Source: Deltaproteobacteria bacterium (GTDB lineage Bacteria > Desulfobacterota > Binatia > UBA1149 > CAYXZP01). Taken from it: a DNA stretch of 64,000 nucleotides. The notes under the pieces are model-generated. The model had not been told where the DNA came from. It ran no database searches and was given only the letters and a program-made list of their open reading frames with translations. The DNA lies in contig JAYGCL010000074.1 of NCBI GenBank assembly GCA_046583365.1, positions 670 to 64,669 of the forward strand, given 5' to 3'. The position numbers were made by a program, and so were the translations under genes. This document shows, piece by piece, positions 17,606 to 25,137 of this stretch (its first letter is position 1; each line of letters starts with the position of its first letter).

Positions 17606-18529
17606 ATGAAGATCCTCGTGACCGGGGCGACCGGACTTATAGGCAAGGCTCTGGTGCGCGAACTGCTGGCCGCCGGCGACGAGGTGAGAGTGGTGACTCG
17701 CAACGAGGCGAGGGCCCGCGAGGTCCTCCCTGACCTGTGCCGGTTTTCGACCTGGAACGTCGAGCGACACGAGCTTGACCCCTCCGTGTTTGCGGGAGTT
17801 GATGCCGTTGTGCACCTGGCCGGGGAACCGGTGGCAAAGGGACGCTGGACGCCCAAGCGCAAGAAGGCGATCTTCAGTTCCCGTGTCCGGGGGGCCGACC
17901 TTCTTACCGATACGATTGCGTCTTTGCCCGAAGACGCAAGGCCCGGCACTTTCATTTCCGCCTCCGCGGTGGGTTTTTACGGCGACACCGGCAAGTTTCG
18001 TGTGGATGAAACAGTGTTGAATGGATACGGTTTTCTCTCCGAGGTCTGCCAGGCCTGGGAGGCCGAAGCCCTTGCAGCCAGGAGTCTGGGGATGCGCGCC
18101 GTAGCCATGCGGATAGGCATGGTTTTGTCGAGGGATGGGGGCGTGCTTGAGCGTGTGTTGCCGATTTTTCGTCTTGGCCTGGGTGGCAACCTGGGGTCGG
18201 GACGGCAGTGGGTGGCGTGGATTCATATTGATGATCTCCTATCCCTGTTTCGTTTTGCCCTCAGCGACGCCAGGATTGAGGGGCCGCTGAACGCCACCTC
18301 CCCACGTCCGGTAATGAACGAGGAGTTTACACTGGAACTTGGCCGCGCCCTCGGACGCTCGACATTGTTAGGGGTGCCCGCTTTCGTTCTAAAGATGGTT
18401 TTTGGAGAACAGTCCGAACTTTTTCTTTCCAGCACTCGGGCCGTGCCAAACAAGGCCGCCCATCTCATGTTCGGGTTCCGGTACCCCGACCTGGCCACCG
18501 CATTGGCAGACCTGGTGGGTCATCACTGA
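17606..18529 (+). CDS. TIGR01777/YfcH-like NAD-dependent epimerase family protein (DUF1731 C-terminus)
   Basis: MKILVTGATGLIGKAL Rossmann motif. The C-terminal DUF1731-like region is conserved. Confidence 0.8.
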   Translation: MKILVTGATGLIGKALVRELLAAGDEVRVVTRNEARAREVLPDLCRFSTWNVERHELDPSVFAGVDAVVHLAGEPVAKGRWTPKRKKAIFSSRVRGADLLTDTIASLPEDARPGTFISASAVGFYGDTGKFRVDETVLNGYGFLSEVCQAWEAEALAARSLGMRAVAMRIGMVLSRDGGVLERVLPIFRLGLGGNLGSGRQWVAWIHIDDLLSLFRFALSDARIEGPLNATSPRPVMNEEFTLELGRALGRSTLLGVPAFVLKMVFGEQSELFLSSTRAVPNKAAHLMFGFRYPDLATALADLVGHH

Positions 18530-18545
18530 GGGGTTTTCCGCCGGT

Positions 18546-19859
18546 CTAGTGGCCGGTTGCTCTTACCGGTACAACCACGGCACGACGTATAGAGCGGTCT
18601 TTCTCTTTGGGGCAGGCCGAGGTTATGTGGCGGACGAGGTTGTAAGCGTGGTACAGTTCGGGGTAGGCCACCGGTTTGCCGCTGGTCATAATAGCCGCGC
18701 TCAGGTGCCTTTCCGGGTCCGCCCAGCACAGGATATTGCTCAGCCCCAGGTGGCCGAAGGCGTGTTGGGTGTCGGCCCCGTACAGGCTCATCCGTCGGCC
18801 GCCGAGCATGAAGCCCATCCCGTAGCGCAGCGGGAGGCCGAGGGTCCTGTCGAATTCCATGTAAGACTGTTCGGCCGTGGCCCGGCGTATGGTGCGTGAG
18901 TCGAAGATATTGATACCATCGAGCTCGCCCCCATTCAGGAGCAATTCGAAGAAACGGCTCATTTCGTTGGCGTTGGCGAACAGGTTGCCCGCCGGCACCG
19001 TGGCCAGCAGGAAACGGGGGTCATTGGATTCCCTGACCGCCCGGTAATAGTTGACGCCGAGCAGGCGGTGGAGAACGGTGGATACCGGAGGCCACACCGG
19101 CGCGCCGGTGAAATAATTCTCGGCGACTTTATCGAAGTCGTCTTTTTGAATGCCGTAGTTGAGCCAACGGAAACGCAGCGGTTGGCGAATTTCACGGTCG
19201 AGGACGGCACGGATTGTCATGCCAGTGACCCGCCGGACTATCTCACCGAGTACGAAACCTCCGCTGAGGGCGTGGTAGCCTATGTGTCTGCCCGGTCTCC
19301 ACGATAGCTTGGTTTTGCAGAGCATTTCGACAATCTCGCGCGGGTGGTCGAGGACGTCCAGGTCCATGGCTTCGGCCGGCAGGTTGGGTATGCCCGCACG
19401 GTGGGTGAGGATATGGCGGATGGTGATCCCCTGTTTGTCGTGAGCTGCAAATTCGGGGATGTATTCACACACCGGATCTTCAAGGTGCAAGATGTGGCGC
19501 TGGTCGAGAAGGTGGACCACCATTGCCGTGACCACCTTTGAAGCCGAGAAGATGTTGAAAGGGGTGTCGGTGGTAAGGGGAATTTTCGGCGCTTCGGCGG
19601 GGTCTTCCGGCCCGTTGCCCTGGGCGTAACCTATGGCCCGGTCGAGAACGACCTGGCCGCGGCGACGTACGCACACCTGTATGGCGGGGTGGATGCCGCT
19701 TTTGTAAAGCTGGGTAGCGGCTTGCCAGGCTGCCTCCACACCACGGCGACTGGCACCTACTTCACGTGCAGGGGTCTCGTTGCCAGTGGAGATAACGGCC
19801 TCTATGGAGTCGGGAACCGGGGCGCGGGTAATGATGGTGGGTAACACGTTGGCAACCAT
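18546..19859 (-). CDS. Serine hydrolase, beta-lactamase (class C/esterase) family
   Basis: SxxK motif FNIFSASKVVTAM. Start trimmed to MVANVLPTII (codon 138 of the ORF); the upstream part is Arg/Pro-rich junk. Confidence 0.75.
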   Translation of the reverse strand: MVANVLPTIITRAPVPDSIEAVISTGNETPAREVGASRRGVEAAWQAATQLYKSGIHPAIQVCVRRRGQVVLDRAIGYAQGNGPEDPAEAPKIPLTTDTPFNIFSASKVVTAMVVHLLDQRHILHLEDPVCEYIPEFAAHDKQGITIRHILTHRAGIPNLPAEAMDLDVLDHPREIVEMLCKTKLSWRPGRHIGYHALSGGFVLGEIVRRVTGMTIRAVLDREIRQPLRFRWLNYGIQKDDFDKVAENYFTGAPVWPPVSTVLHRLLGVNYYRAVRESNDPRFLLATVPAGNLFANANEMSRFFELLLNGGELDGINIFDSRTIRRATAEQSYMEFDRTLGLPLRYGMGFMLGGRRMSLYGADTQHAFGHLGLSNILCWADPERHLSAAIMTSGKPVAYPELYHAYNLVRHITSACPKEKDRSIRRAVVVPVRATGH

Positions 19860-19927
19860 AGCACCGGTACCATTGCTGTCCGAATGACGCTCTGTGGCAT
19901 TGACCTTGAGGGGGTCTGTGTTTAGCG

Positions 19928-20833
19928 TTGCGGGCCTTGGACCCGGCCTCCGACAAGCAAGAACTCCGCTTTGACCTCTCCGACGGCCTGACCATGGTCG
20001 CCGATGCACGGGGCAATCCCGAAGACCCACCGGTTTTCCTGCTCCACGGTGGGGGCCAGACCCGTCATGCCTGGGGCGGTACCGCGCGCGAGCTGGCGAC
20101 GGCCGGCTTTTACACCCTGTCCTTCGACCTGCGCGGCCACGGTGACAGCGACTGGGATCCCGACGGCGATTACATGATCGAGACCTTTTCCAGGGATCTG
20201 GTGGAGATGGTCGATGGTATGGGTGTGCATCCCTGCGTGGTAGGTGCGTCTTTGGGAGGGCTGACCGCACTGCTGGCCGAAGGCGAGATTCGCCCCGGCC
20301 TCCTTAAAGCGGTGGTGTTTGTGGACATAACCCCGCGCATGACTCCCGAGGGGACCGAACGTATTTTTAAGTTCATGACGGCCAAGCCCGACGGTTTTGT
20401 GTCGTTGGAGGAAGCCGCCGATCATGTGGCCGCATTCATGCCCCACCGTCCTCGCCCGGACGACCACAGTGGCCTGGAGAAGAACCTTCGTCTGGGAGAG
20501 GATGGCCGCTACCGCTGGCATTGGGATCCACAGTTTCTCAATGGGCGCATCAACCGGTCTTATAGCGAGGAGGAAAGGGCGGCATTTCTTGGCCGTCTGA
20601 ACGGGGCCGCCGCTTCCCTGTCCCTCCCCACCATGCTGATACGCGGGCGCATGAGTGACATTGTCAGTGAGGATGCTGCGCGCGAGTTTCTCGAATTGGT
20701 GCCGCATGCGGAATATGTGGACGTCGAGGATGCCGCGCACATGGTTGCGGGTGACCGCAATGATATTTTCACGAAAGCGGTGAAGGATTTTCTGGTTCGG
20801 GCGGTGCCGCGCCCGAGCGTAGACCGTCGTTAG
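19928..20833 (+). CDS. Alpha/beta hydrolase fold protein
   Basis: PVFLLHGGGQTRHAW...GASLGG nucleophile elbow. TTG start per ORF track; exact start uncertain. Confidence 0.8.
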   Translation: MRALDPASDKQELRFDLSDGLTMVADARGNPEDPPVFLLHGGGQTRHAWGGTARELATAGFYTLSFDLRGHGDSDWDPDGDYMIETFSRDLVEMVDGMGVHPCVVGASLGGLTALLAEGEIRPGLLKAVVFVDITPRMTPEGTERIFKFMTAKPDGFVSLEEAADHVAAFMPHRPRPDDHSGLEKNLRLGEDGRYRWHWDPQFLNGRINRSYSEEERAAFLGRLNGAAASLSLPTMLIRGRMSDIVSEDAAREFLELVPHAEYVDVEDAAHMVAGDRNDIFTKAVKDFLVRAVPRPSVDRR

Positions 20834-22731
20834 TTTCCTGGAGCCATCAGTACGGTGGCGAAGCGGGCCTGCCTGTCTCGCCATATCTCAACCACTCGCA
20901 TGCCGCCGCCGGTGGCGAGATTGCGGATCTCATCTTCCGAGTATTTGTAGGAATCTTCGGTGTGGATGCGCTCTCCCTTGCCGAAAACCACCCTCAGGCC
21001 GAGGGCGTTGACCACTACGGTCTGCTGGCGGCAACTTTCAATGTGCATCTCCACCCGCCCCTCGGCCTCCAGATATATGGCCCGGTGTCTGAAGCCATCA
21101 AGGTCGAAGTCGGCGCCGAGTTCACGGTTGATTCGTGCCAGGATGTTGAGGTTGAAACGAGCCGTAACTCCGCTGGCGTCGTCGTAGGCGCGTTCCAGGG
21201 TTTCGCGGTCCTTTCTGAGGTCAACGCCGATAAGAAGACGGTCGGCTGCCGACATCAGCTTGCCGAGGCCGGTCAAAAATTCAGCGGCGGCCTTCCTTTC
21301 AAAATTGCCCACATTGGATCCCAGCCAGGCTATGAGTTTTGCACCGTGGGACAACTCGGCGGTTCTCTGCAGTCCCTCGGTATACTCTGCAGCTACGGGG
21401 ATGATTTCCAGGCCTTCGAATTCGTTTTTCAGTTCAGCCTCGCTCTGGGTCAGAGCCGATGTCGAGATGTCGATGGGTATATAACGACGGAGTCCGCCAG
21501 GTTGTGCCCGGAAGGCCGCGATGAGGTTGTGGGTTTTTCTGGCACTGCCGCTTCCCAATTCGACAATCTCACTGACCCCGTCGCAGAGCGCTGCGATGCT
21601 GGACGAATAGGTTTTTAAAATCTCTTCTTCGCTACGAGTCAGGTAGTACTCGGGCAGTTCACAGATTTCTTCGAAAATTCGTGAACCCTCCTGGTCGTAG
21701 AAAAACCGGCAGGGGAGGCGTTTGGGACTGGCCCCCAGCCCCTGGCCTACGGCTTGGGCAAGTCCGCTGTCCATTGTGTCGTCGGCCGGCAGTAGCTCGG
21801 CAAGAAGGTTGCGCCAGGCCTCTTTTTCTTTTGCCGGCCTGACACGGTCGGCAAGGCGCGAGATTGCACCTTTCAAGGAACGATAGAACAGGGGGTCGTT
21901 TTCTGCACGTAGAATAAGGCGGGCCAGGCCGGCTACGTCGCCGCTTGCAAAGTAGCCGGGGTAGTCGTGGCCCAGTATGCCCAACGAACCGGGTATGCGC
22001 GATGCCAGTATTGGTGTGCCTGTGGCGATGGCCTCCGATATCACATTGGCCCCTCCCTCCAGGCGAGATGGGTGTATGAGCAGGTGGGAGGAGGCCAGGA
22101 CAGCCAGGGCCTCCTGGCTTCCGACCTCGCCAAGCCAGGTGTAGCGGTGGTTTGCCCTTTGCTCGGCCCTGGCTCTTGCCGCCATACCCTCTGCTATGCC
22201 GCGACCGGCTTGCAGCATGGACACCCGCGAGTGGCTTGGCAGCAGGCGCAGGGCCTTGGCCGGCAGGAAGGGGTCTTTGACGGCTCGTAGATGGCCGAGC
22301 ACGCAGGCTTGAAAGCCTGCCGCCCGGCGTTGGGGAATTGGCGGTTTTGCCGACTGGTAGATGACCCTGGTCTTTTTGCGCGCCTCGGGCGGCAGTTCAC
22401 GTGTGGCCTGGGGTTGCAGTACCACCAAGCGGGAGGCCTGGGAGATTACTTGCATGGCTTGGGGGCTGTTGTGGATGTCGTGGTAAAGGTCGGTTCCGGC
22501 CAGACCCACGATCAGTGGCATATCCGGGTTGGCATCTTTGAATCGAAGCGCCGCTGGCGCGCTGCGGTGGGCGTGGAGGGCTATGAGAAGGTCGCAGTCC
22601 TGGCCGTCGTAGTGGTCGGATATGCTCGTTCGGTGGCCCAGTTCCTCAAGAATCCCGGCCCAGCGCAAAGCGGTAACACTATTGCCCCCCGGCACCAGGA
22701 CCCCTCCCGGTGTGACCAGATGTATTTTCAT
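20830..22731 (-). CDS. Fusion protein: N-terminal GT-B glycosyltransferase (SenB/TIGR04348-like) plus C-terminal EgtD-type L-histidine N-alpha-methyltransferase
   Basis: N-terminal MKIHLVTPGGVLVPGGNSVTALRWA...EGGANVISEAIATGTPILAS is a GT4-like C-terminal motif. The C-terminal half carries the full EgtD signature FFYDQEGSRIFEEICELPEYYLTRSEEEIL...ELGSGSARKT...YDDASGVTARFNLNILARINRELGADFDLDGF. The ATG at 22731 overlaps the upstream stop (ATGA); the ORF-track N-terminal extension to 23091 lies inside the egtB-like gene. Confidence 0.75.
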   Translation of the reverse strand: MKIHLVTPGGVLVPGGNSVTALRWAGILEELGHRTSISDHYDGQDCDLLIALHAHRSAPAALRFKDANPDMPLIVGLAGTDLYHDIHNSPQAMQVISQASRLVVLQPQATRELPPEARKKTRVIYQSAKPPIPQRRAAGFQACVLGHLRAVKDPFLPAKALRLLPSHSRVSMLQAGRGIAEGMAARARAEQRANHRYTWLGEVGSQEALAVLASSHLLIHPSRLEGGANVISEAIATGTPILASRIPGSLGILGHDYPGYFASGDVAGLARLILRAENDPLFYRSLKGAISRLADRVRPAKEKEAWRNLLAELLPADDTMDSGLAQAVGQGLGASPKRLPCRFFYDQEGSRIFEEICELPEYYLTRSEEEILKTYSSSIAALCDGVSEIVELGSGSARKTHNLIAAFRAQPGGLRRYIPIDISTSALTQSEAELKNEFEGLEIIPVAAEYTEGLQRTAELSHGAKLIAWLGSNVGNFERKAAAEFLTGLGKLMSAADRLLIGVDLRKDRETLERAYDDASGVTARFNLNILARINRELGADFDLDGFRHRAIYLEAEGRVEMHIESCRQQTVVVNALGLRVVFGKGERIHTEDSYKYSEDEIRNLATGGGMRVVEIWRDRQARFATVLMAPGN

Positions 22732-23879
22732 CAGCCAGTAGCCACGGTGCGAAACCCAGCCATTACATCGCGGCGGTCGGGTGTGTAGTAGTTGCGCAGG
22801 GTGTTGCGCAGCAGCCTTGATCTGGTGGCCCAGCACCCGCCCCGCAGCACCTTGTGGCCCAGAAACCACGGCACCGAATACTCCTTGTAGGGATCCGGAA
22901 TAAATCCGGGGTAAGGGCCGAAATCTGATGCCGTCCATTCCCAGACCTTGCCGCCGTCGAGCAAGCCGGCCGCAGCCGCGGCTTCCCACTCGGCCTCGCC
23001 GGGCAGACGACGGCCGGCCCAACGGCAGTAGGCCTGGGCCTCGTGCCAGTTCACATGGATGACGGGTCTTGACGGGTCCAGTTGCGTCCACTGGTCAAAG
23101 CGGCGGACCAGCCAACCTCGGCCTGGCTCGGACTTCCAGTAAACAGGGTTTTCGGCCGCGGCTGATTTGCGCCACGACCAACCGTCCGGGCTCCACAGCC
23201 GGCGCTGGCGGTAGCCGCCGTCGTCTACAAAGGCGGCAAACTCGGCCTCACTTACGGCCGCGCGCGCAATGGCAAAGGCCGGCAACAGGACTTCGTGGCC
23301 CCACTTCTCATTGTCGAAGACAAACTCTTCACTGCCGTTGGCCCCCAGCATAAATCGCTGTGTTGGCATTGTCGCGTCGCCTTGGACCCCGTGCTTCGGA
23401 GCGGACTCGGAGAGTTGCCTCTGCATTTTGACGGGCGGTGGCGGGTAGGCCAGCGTCTGTCTGGTACAGACGAAGGCCTCATCGTGCATGTCTTCGTGAA
23501 ATACACTGTAGAGGATGAAGTAGAGCAGGCCGCGGGTGGGCTGGCGGCCGCCGAGCAGGTCGAGTACCCGGTCACCAACGGTGGCCACGTACCCAAGGGT
23601 GTCGGAGCGCGATGGCAGCGGCAGGTCCCAACGCAGGTCGTGGGCGATGGCAATGGAGTCCCACAGGGCGTCGCCGTCGGGACGGATTGGCGCCAGCCCG
23701 CAGGCGTGGCGCAGAACCCATTTCTCCTGGAACCAGGCGATGTGGCCCAGTTCCCAGAGCAGCGGGTTGACGGTGGCCAGACGGGGGCCGATGAGTTGAG
23801 CGTCGTCGAGGTCGGCAACCAGAGTGAGGCTCCGTTTGCGGGCGTTCTCGACCCAGCCGGCAAGAGTAGAGGGGTCCAA
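22731..23879 (-). CDS. EgtB-family sulfoxide synthase (DinB_2 plus FGE-sulfatase domains); ergothioneine EgtB or selenoneine SenA-like
   Basis: WELGHIAWFQEKWVLR plus FHEDMHDEAF form a 3-His iron site in the DinB-like domain. The C-terminal FGE-sulfatase domain reads VNWHEAQAYCRWAGRRLPGEAEWE...RGGCWATRSRL. It uses a TTG start. Confidence 0.8.
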   Translation of the reverse strand: MDPSTLAGWVENARKRSLTLVADLDDAQLIGPRLATVNPLLWELGHIAWFQEKWVLRHACGLAPIRPDGDALWDSIAIAHDLRWDLPLPSRSDTLGYVATVGDRVLDLLGGRQPTRGLLYFILYSVFHEDMHDEAFVCTRQTLAYPPPPVKMQRQLSESAPKHGVQGDATMPTQRFMLGANGSEEFVFDNEKWGHEVLLPAFAIARAAVSEAEFAAFVDDGGYRQRRLWSPDGWSWRKSAAAENPVYWKSEPGRGWLVRRFDQWTQLDPSRPVIHVNWHEAQAYCRWAGRRLPGEAEWEAAAAAGLLDGGKVWEWTASDFGPYPGFIPDPYKEYSVPWFLGHKVLRGGCWATRSRLLRNTLRNYYTPDRRDVMAGFRTVATG

Positions 23880-23942
23880 GGCGGCCGGAGTTTAGCATGG
23901 CGGCTTGTTCATCCCAGCCCCGTACTGCTACAAGACCATGCC

Positions 23943-24374
23943 ATGCAGGAAGTAGAGGTAAAGGCCAGCATAAACGGCCGTCGTGAGGAAGTCTGGAATT
24001 TGTATACCGACCATGTCTCCTGGCAGGAGTGGTCGAAGATAGGCAAGGTCCGTCTGGCTTGCGAAGGACAGCCGGCACCCAATGGGGTGGGCTGCGTTCG
24101 TGTCATATCCAATGGCCCGATTTCGGTTGAAGAGAAGATCCTCAGTTTCGATAGTCCCCGGCGTATGACCTACACGATTGTGCGTGGTGGCCTGCCCATA
24201 AAAGACCACCTTGGAGAGGTGGTCTTCAGCGATGAGGGGGAGACCACTCTTATTACCTGGCGCTGCCGCTTCCGTTCCCGGATCCCCGGACTCGGCTTTT
24301 TGTGGAAGGCCATAGTCAACCGTGTGTTCACGCAGACTCTGGATTCTCTCGGCCGCCGTTTTGGACAGCCGTAG
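23943..24374 (+). CDS. SRPBCC (polyketide cyclase/START-like) family protein
   Basis: Only the C-terminal 143 aa of ORF 23295..24374 is plausible (MQEVEVKASINGRREEVWNLYTDHVSWQEW...). The upstream part is antisense to the egtB-like gene. Confidence 0.6.
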   Translation: MQEVEVKASINGRREEVWNLYTDHVSWQEWSKIGKVRLACEGQPAPNGVGCVRVISNGPISVEEKILSFDSPRRMTYTIVRGGLPIKDHLGEVVFSDEGETTLITWRCRFRSRIPGLGFLWKAIVNRVFTQTLDSLGRRFGQP

Positions 24375-24378
24375 ACCT

Positions 24379-24834
24379 ATGCCGGCTGATTCAAAGGGAT
24401 TTTCTGAGATCTACGACCAGGCCATCGCCGATACCCTGATTTCCCTGAACGATTCGGTGGGTGGGTTGCCGGCATACCTGGGGGCCCGGCTTGAGGAGTT
24501 TTCTCCCGGCCGTCTGCTCGTGAGGATGGAGGTTCGTGATGAGTTTCTCACCCCGATGGGGGCCATGCACGGGGGAATTATGGCGGGGTTCGTCGACCAC
24601 GCTCTTGGCTGTGTACTCTACCCGTTGATGAAAAGAGGGCAGTGGGCGGCCACCACCGAGTTCAAACTCAACTATCTGGTGCCCGTGAAAAAAGGCGAAT
24701 TGCTGGCCGAGTCTGTGGTCGTTTCCATGGGCAGGCGTTCGTCCGTTGTCAGGGTGGAGGTTACCAACGGGGGGCGCCCCGTGTGTGTGGCCCAGGGCAC
24801 TCTGCTCATTTCCGAGCCACCGGCAAAAAAGTGA
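24379..24834 (+). CDS. PaaI/hotdog-fold thioesterase
   Basis: MGAMHGGIMAGFVDHALGCVLYPL is the 4HBT motif. Start at MPADSKGF, 5 nt after the upstream stop. Confidence 0.7.
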   Translation: MPADSKGFSEIYDQAIADTLISLNDSVGGLPAYLGARLEEFSPGRLLVRMEVRDEFLTPMGAMHGGIMAGFVDHALGCVLYPLMKRGQWAATTEFKLNYLVPVKKGELLAESVVVSMGRRSSVVRVEVTNGGRPVCVAQGTLLISEPPAKK

Positions 24835-25137
24835 GTCGGGGAGGGATTGGTGAACTACGTCTATGTAGCCCCCACACGGGTGGGTGGGGTTGAGTTGGAG
24901 GCAGCTGCGAGGCGGTTTTTACCGGCAAAGTTGCTTGGGCTGCAGTATAGCTTATTCCCCAGCCCCGGCTGGGATTTTGCCAGTTGGTACAGTTTCTTTC
25001 GGTCCGGCAGGGCTTTTTGAGGCTCGTTGGGGCTGTTTATCATTGACAACCGGGGCCGGGTTTTTCTAACTTGGACAGTGGTGGAAATGTTTTTCCAAGC
25101 GTTTCCCGGTGTTGACAGGATTCAGGGGAGGAACTCC

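Noticed and set aside
17503-17955. N-terminal 150 aa of the 415-aa modA ORF
   Set aside because: It is low-complexity Ser/Thr/Arg/Pro-rich translation with no ModA similarity, antisense-like composition, and it overlaps the divergent promoter region.
22732-23091. N-terminal 120-aa extension of the GT::EgtD ORF
   Set aside because: It lies entirely inside the egtB-like gene in another frame, is Arg/Gly-rich junk, and the internal ATG at 22731 forms a clean ATGA coupling.
23295-23942. First 216 aa of plus-strand ORF 23295..24374
   Set aside because: It is antisense to the egtB-like gene with no protein-like features. Only the C-terminal SRPBCC domain (23943..24374) was kept.
24835-25137. Sigma70-like promoter for the giant Cys-rich gene (two TTGACA hexamers at about 25052 and 25111)
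   Set aside because: No convincing -10 hexamer sits at 16-18 bp spacing (best candidates CTAACT/TAACTT, 3 of 6 matches). The second TTGACA would put the -10 inside the RBS. It was not reported as a feature.
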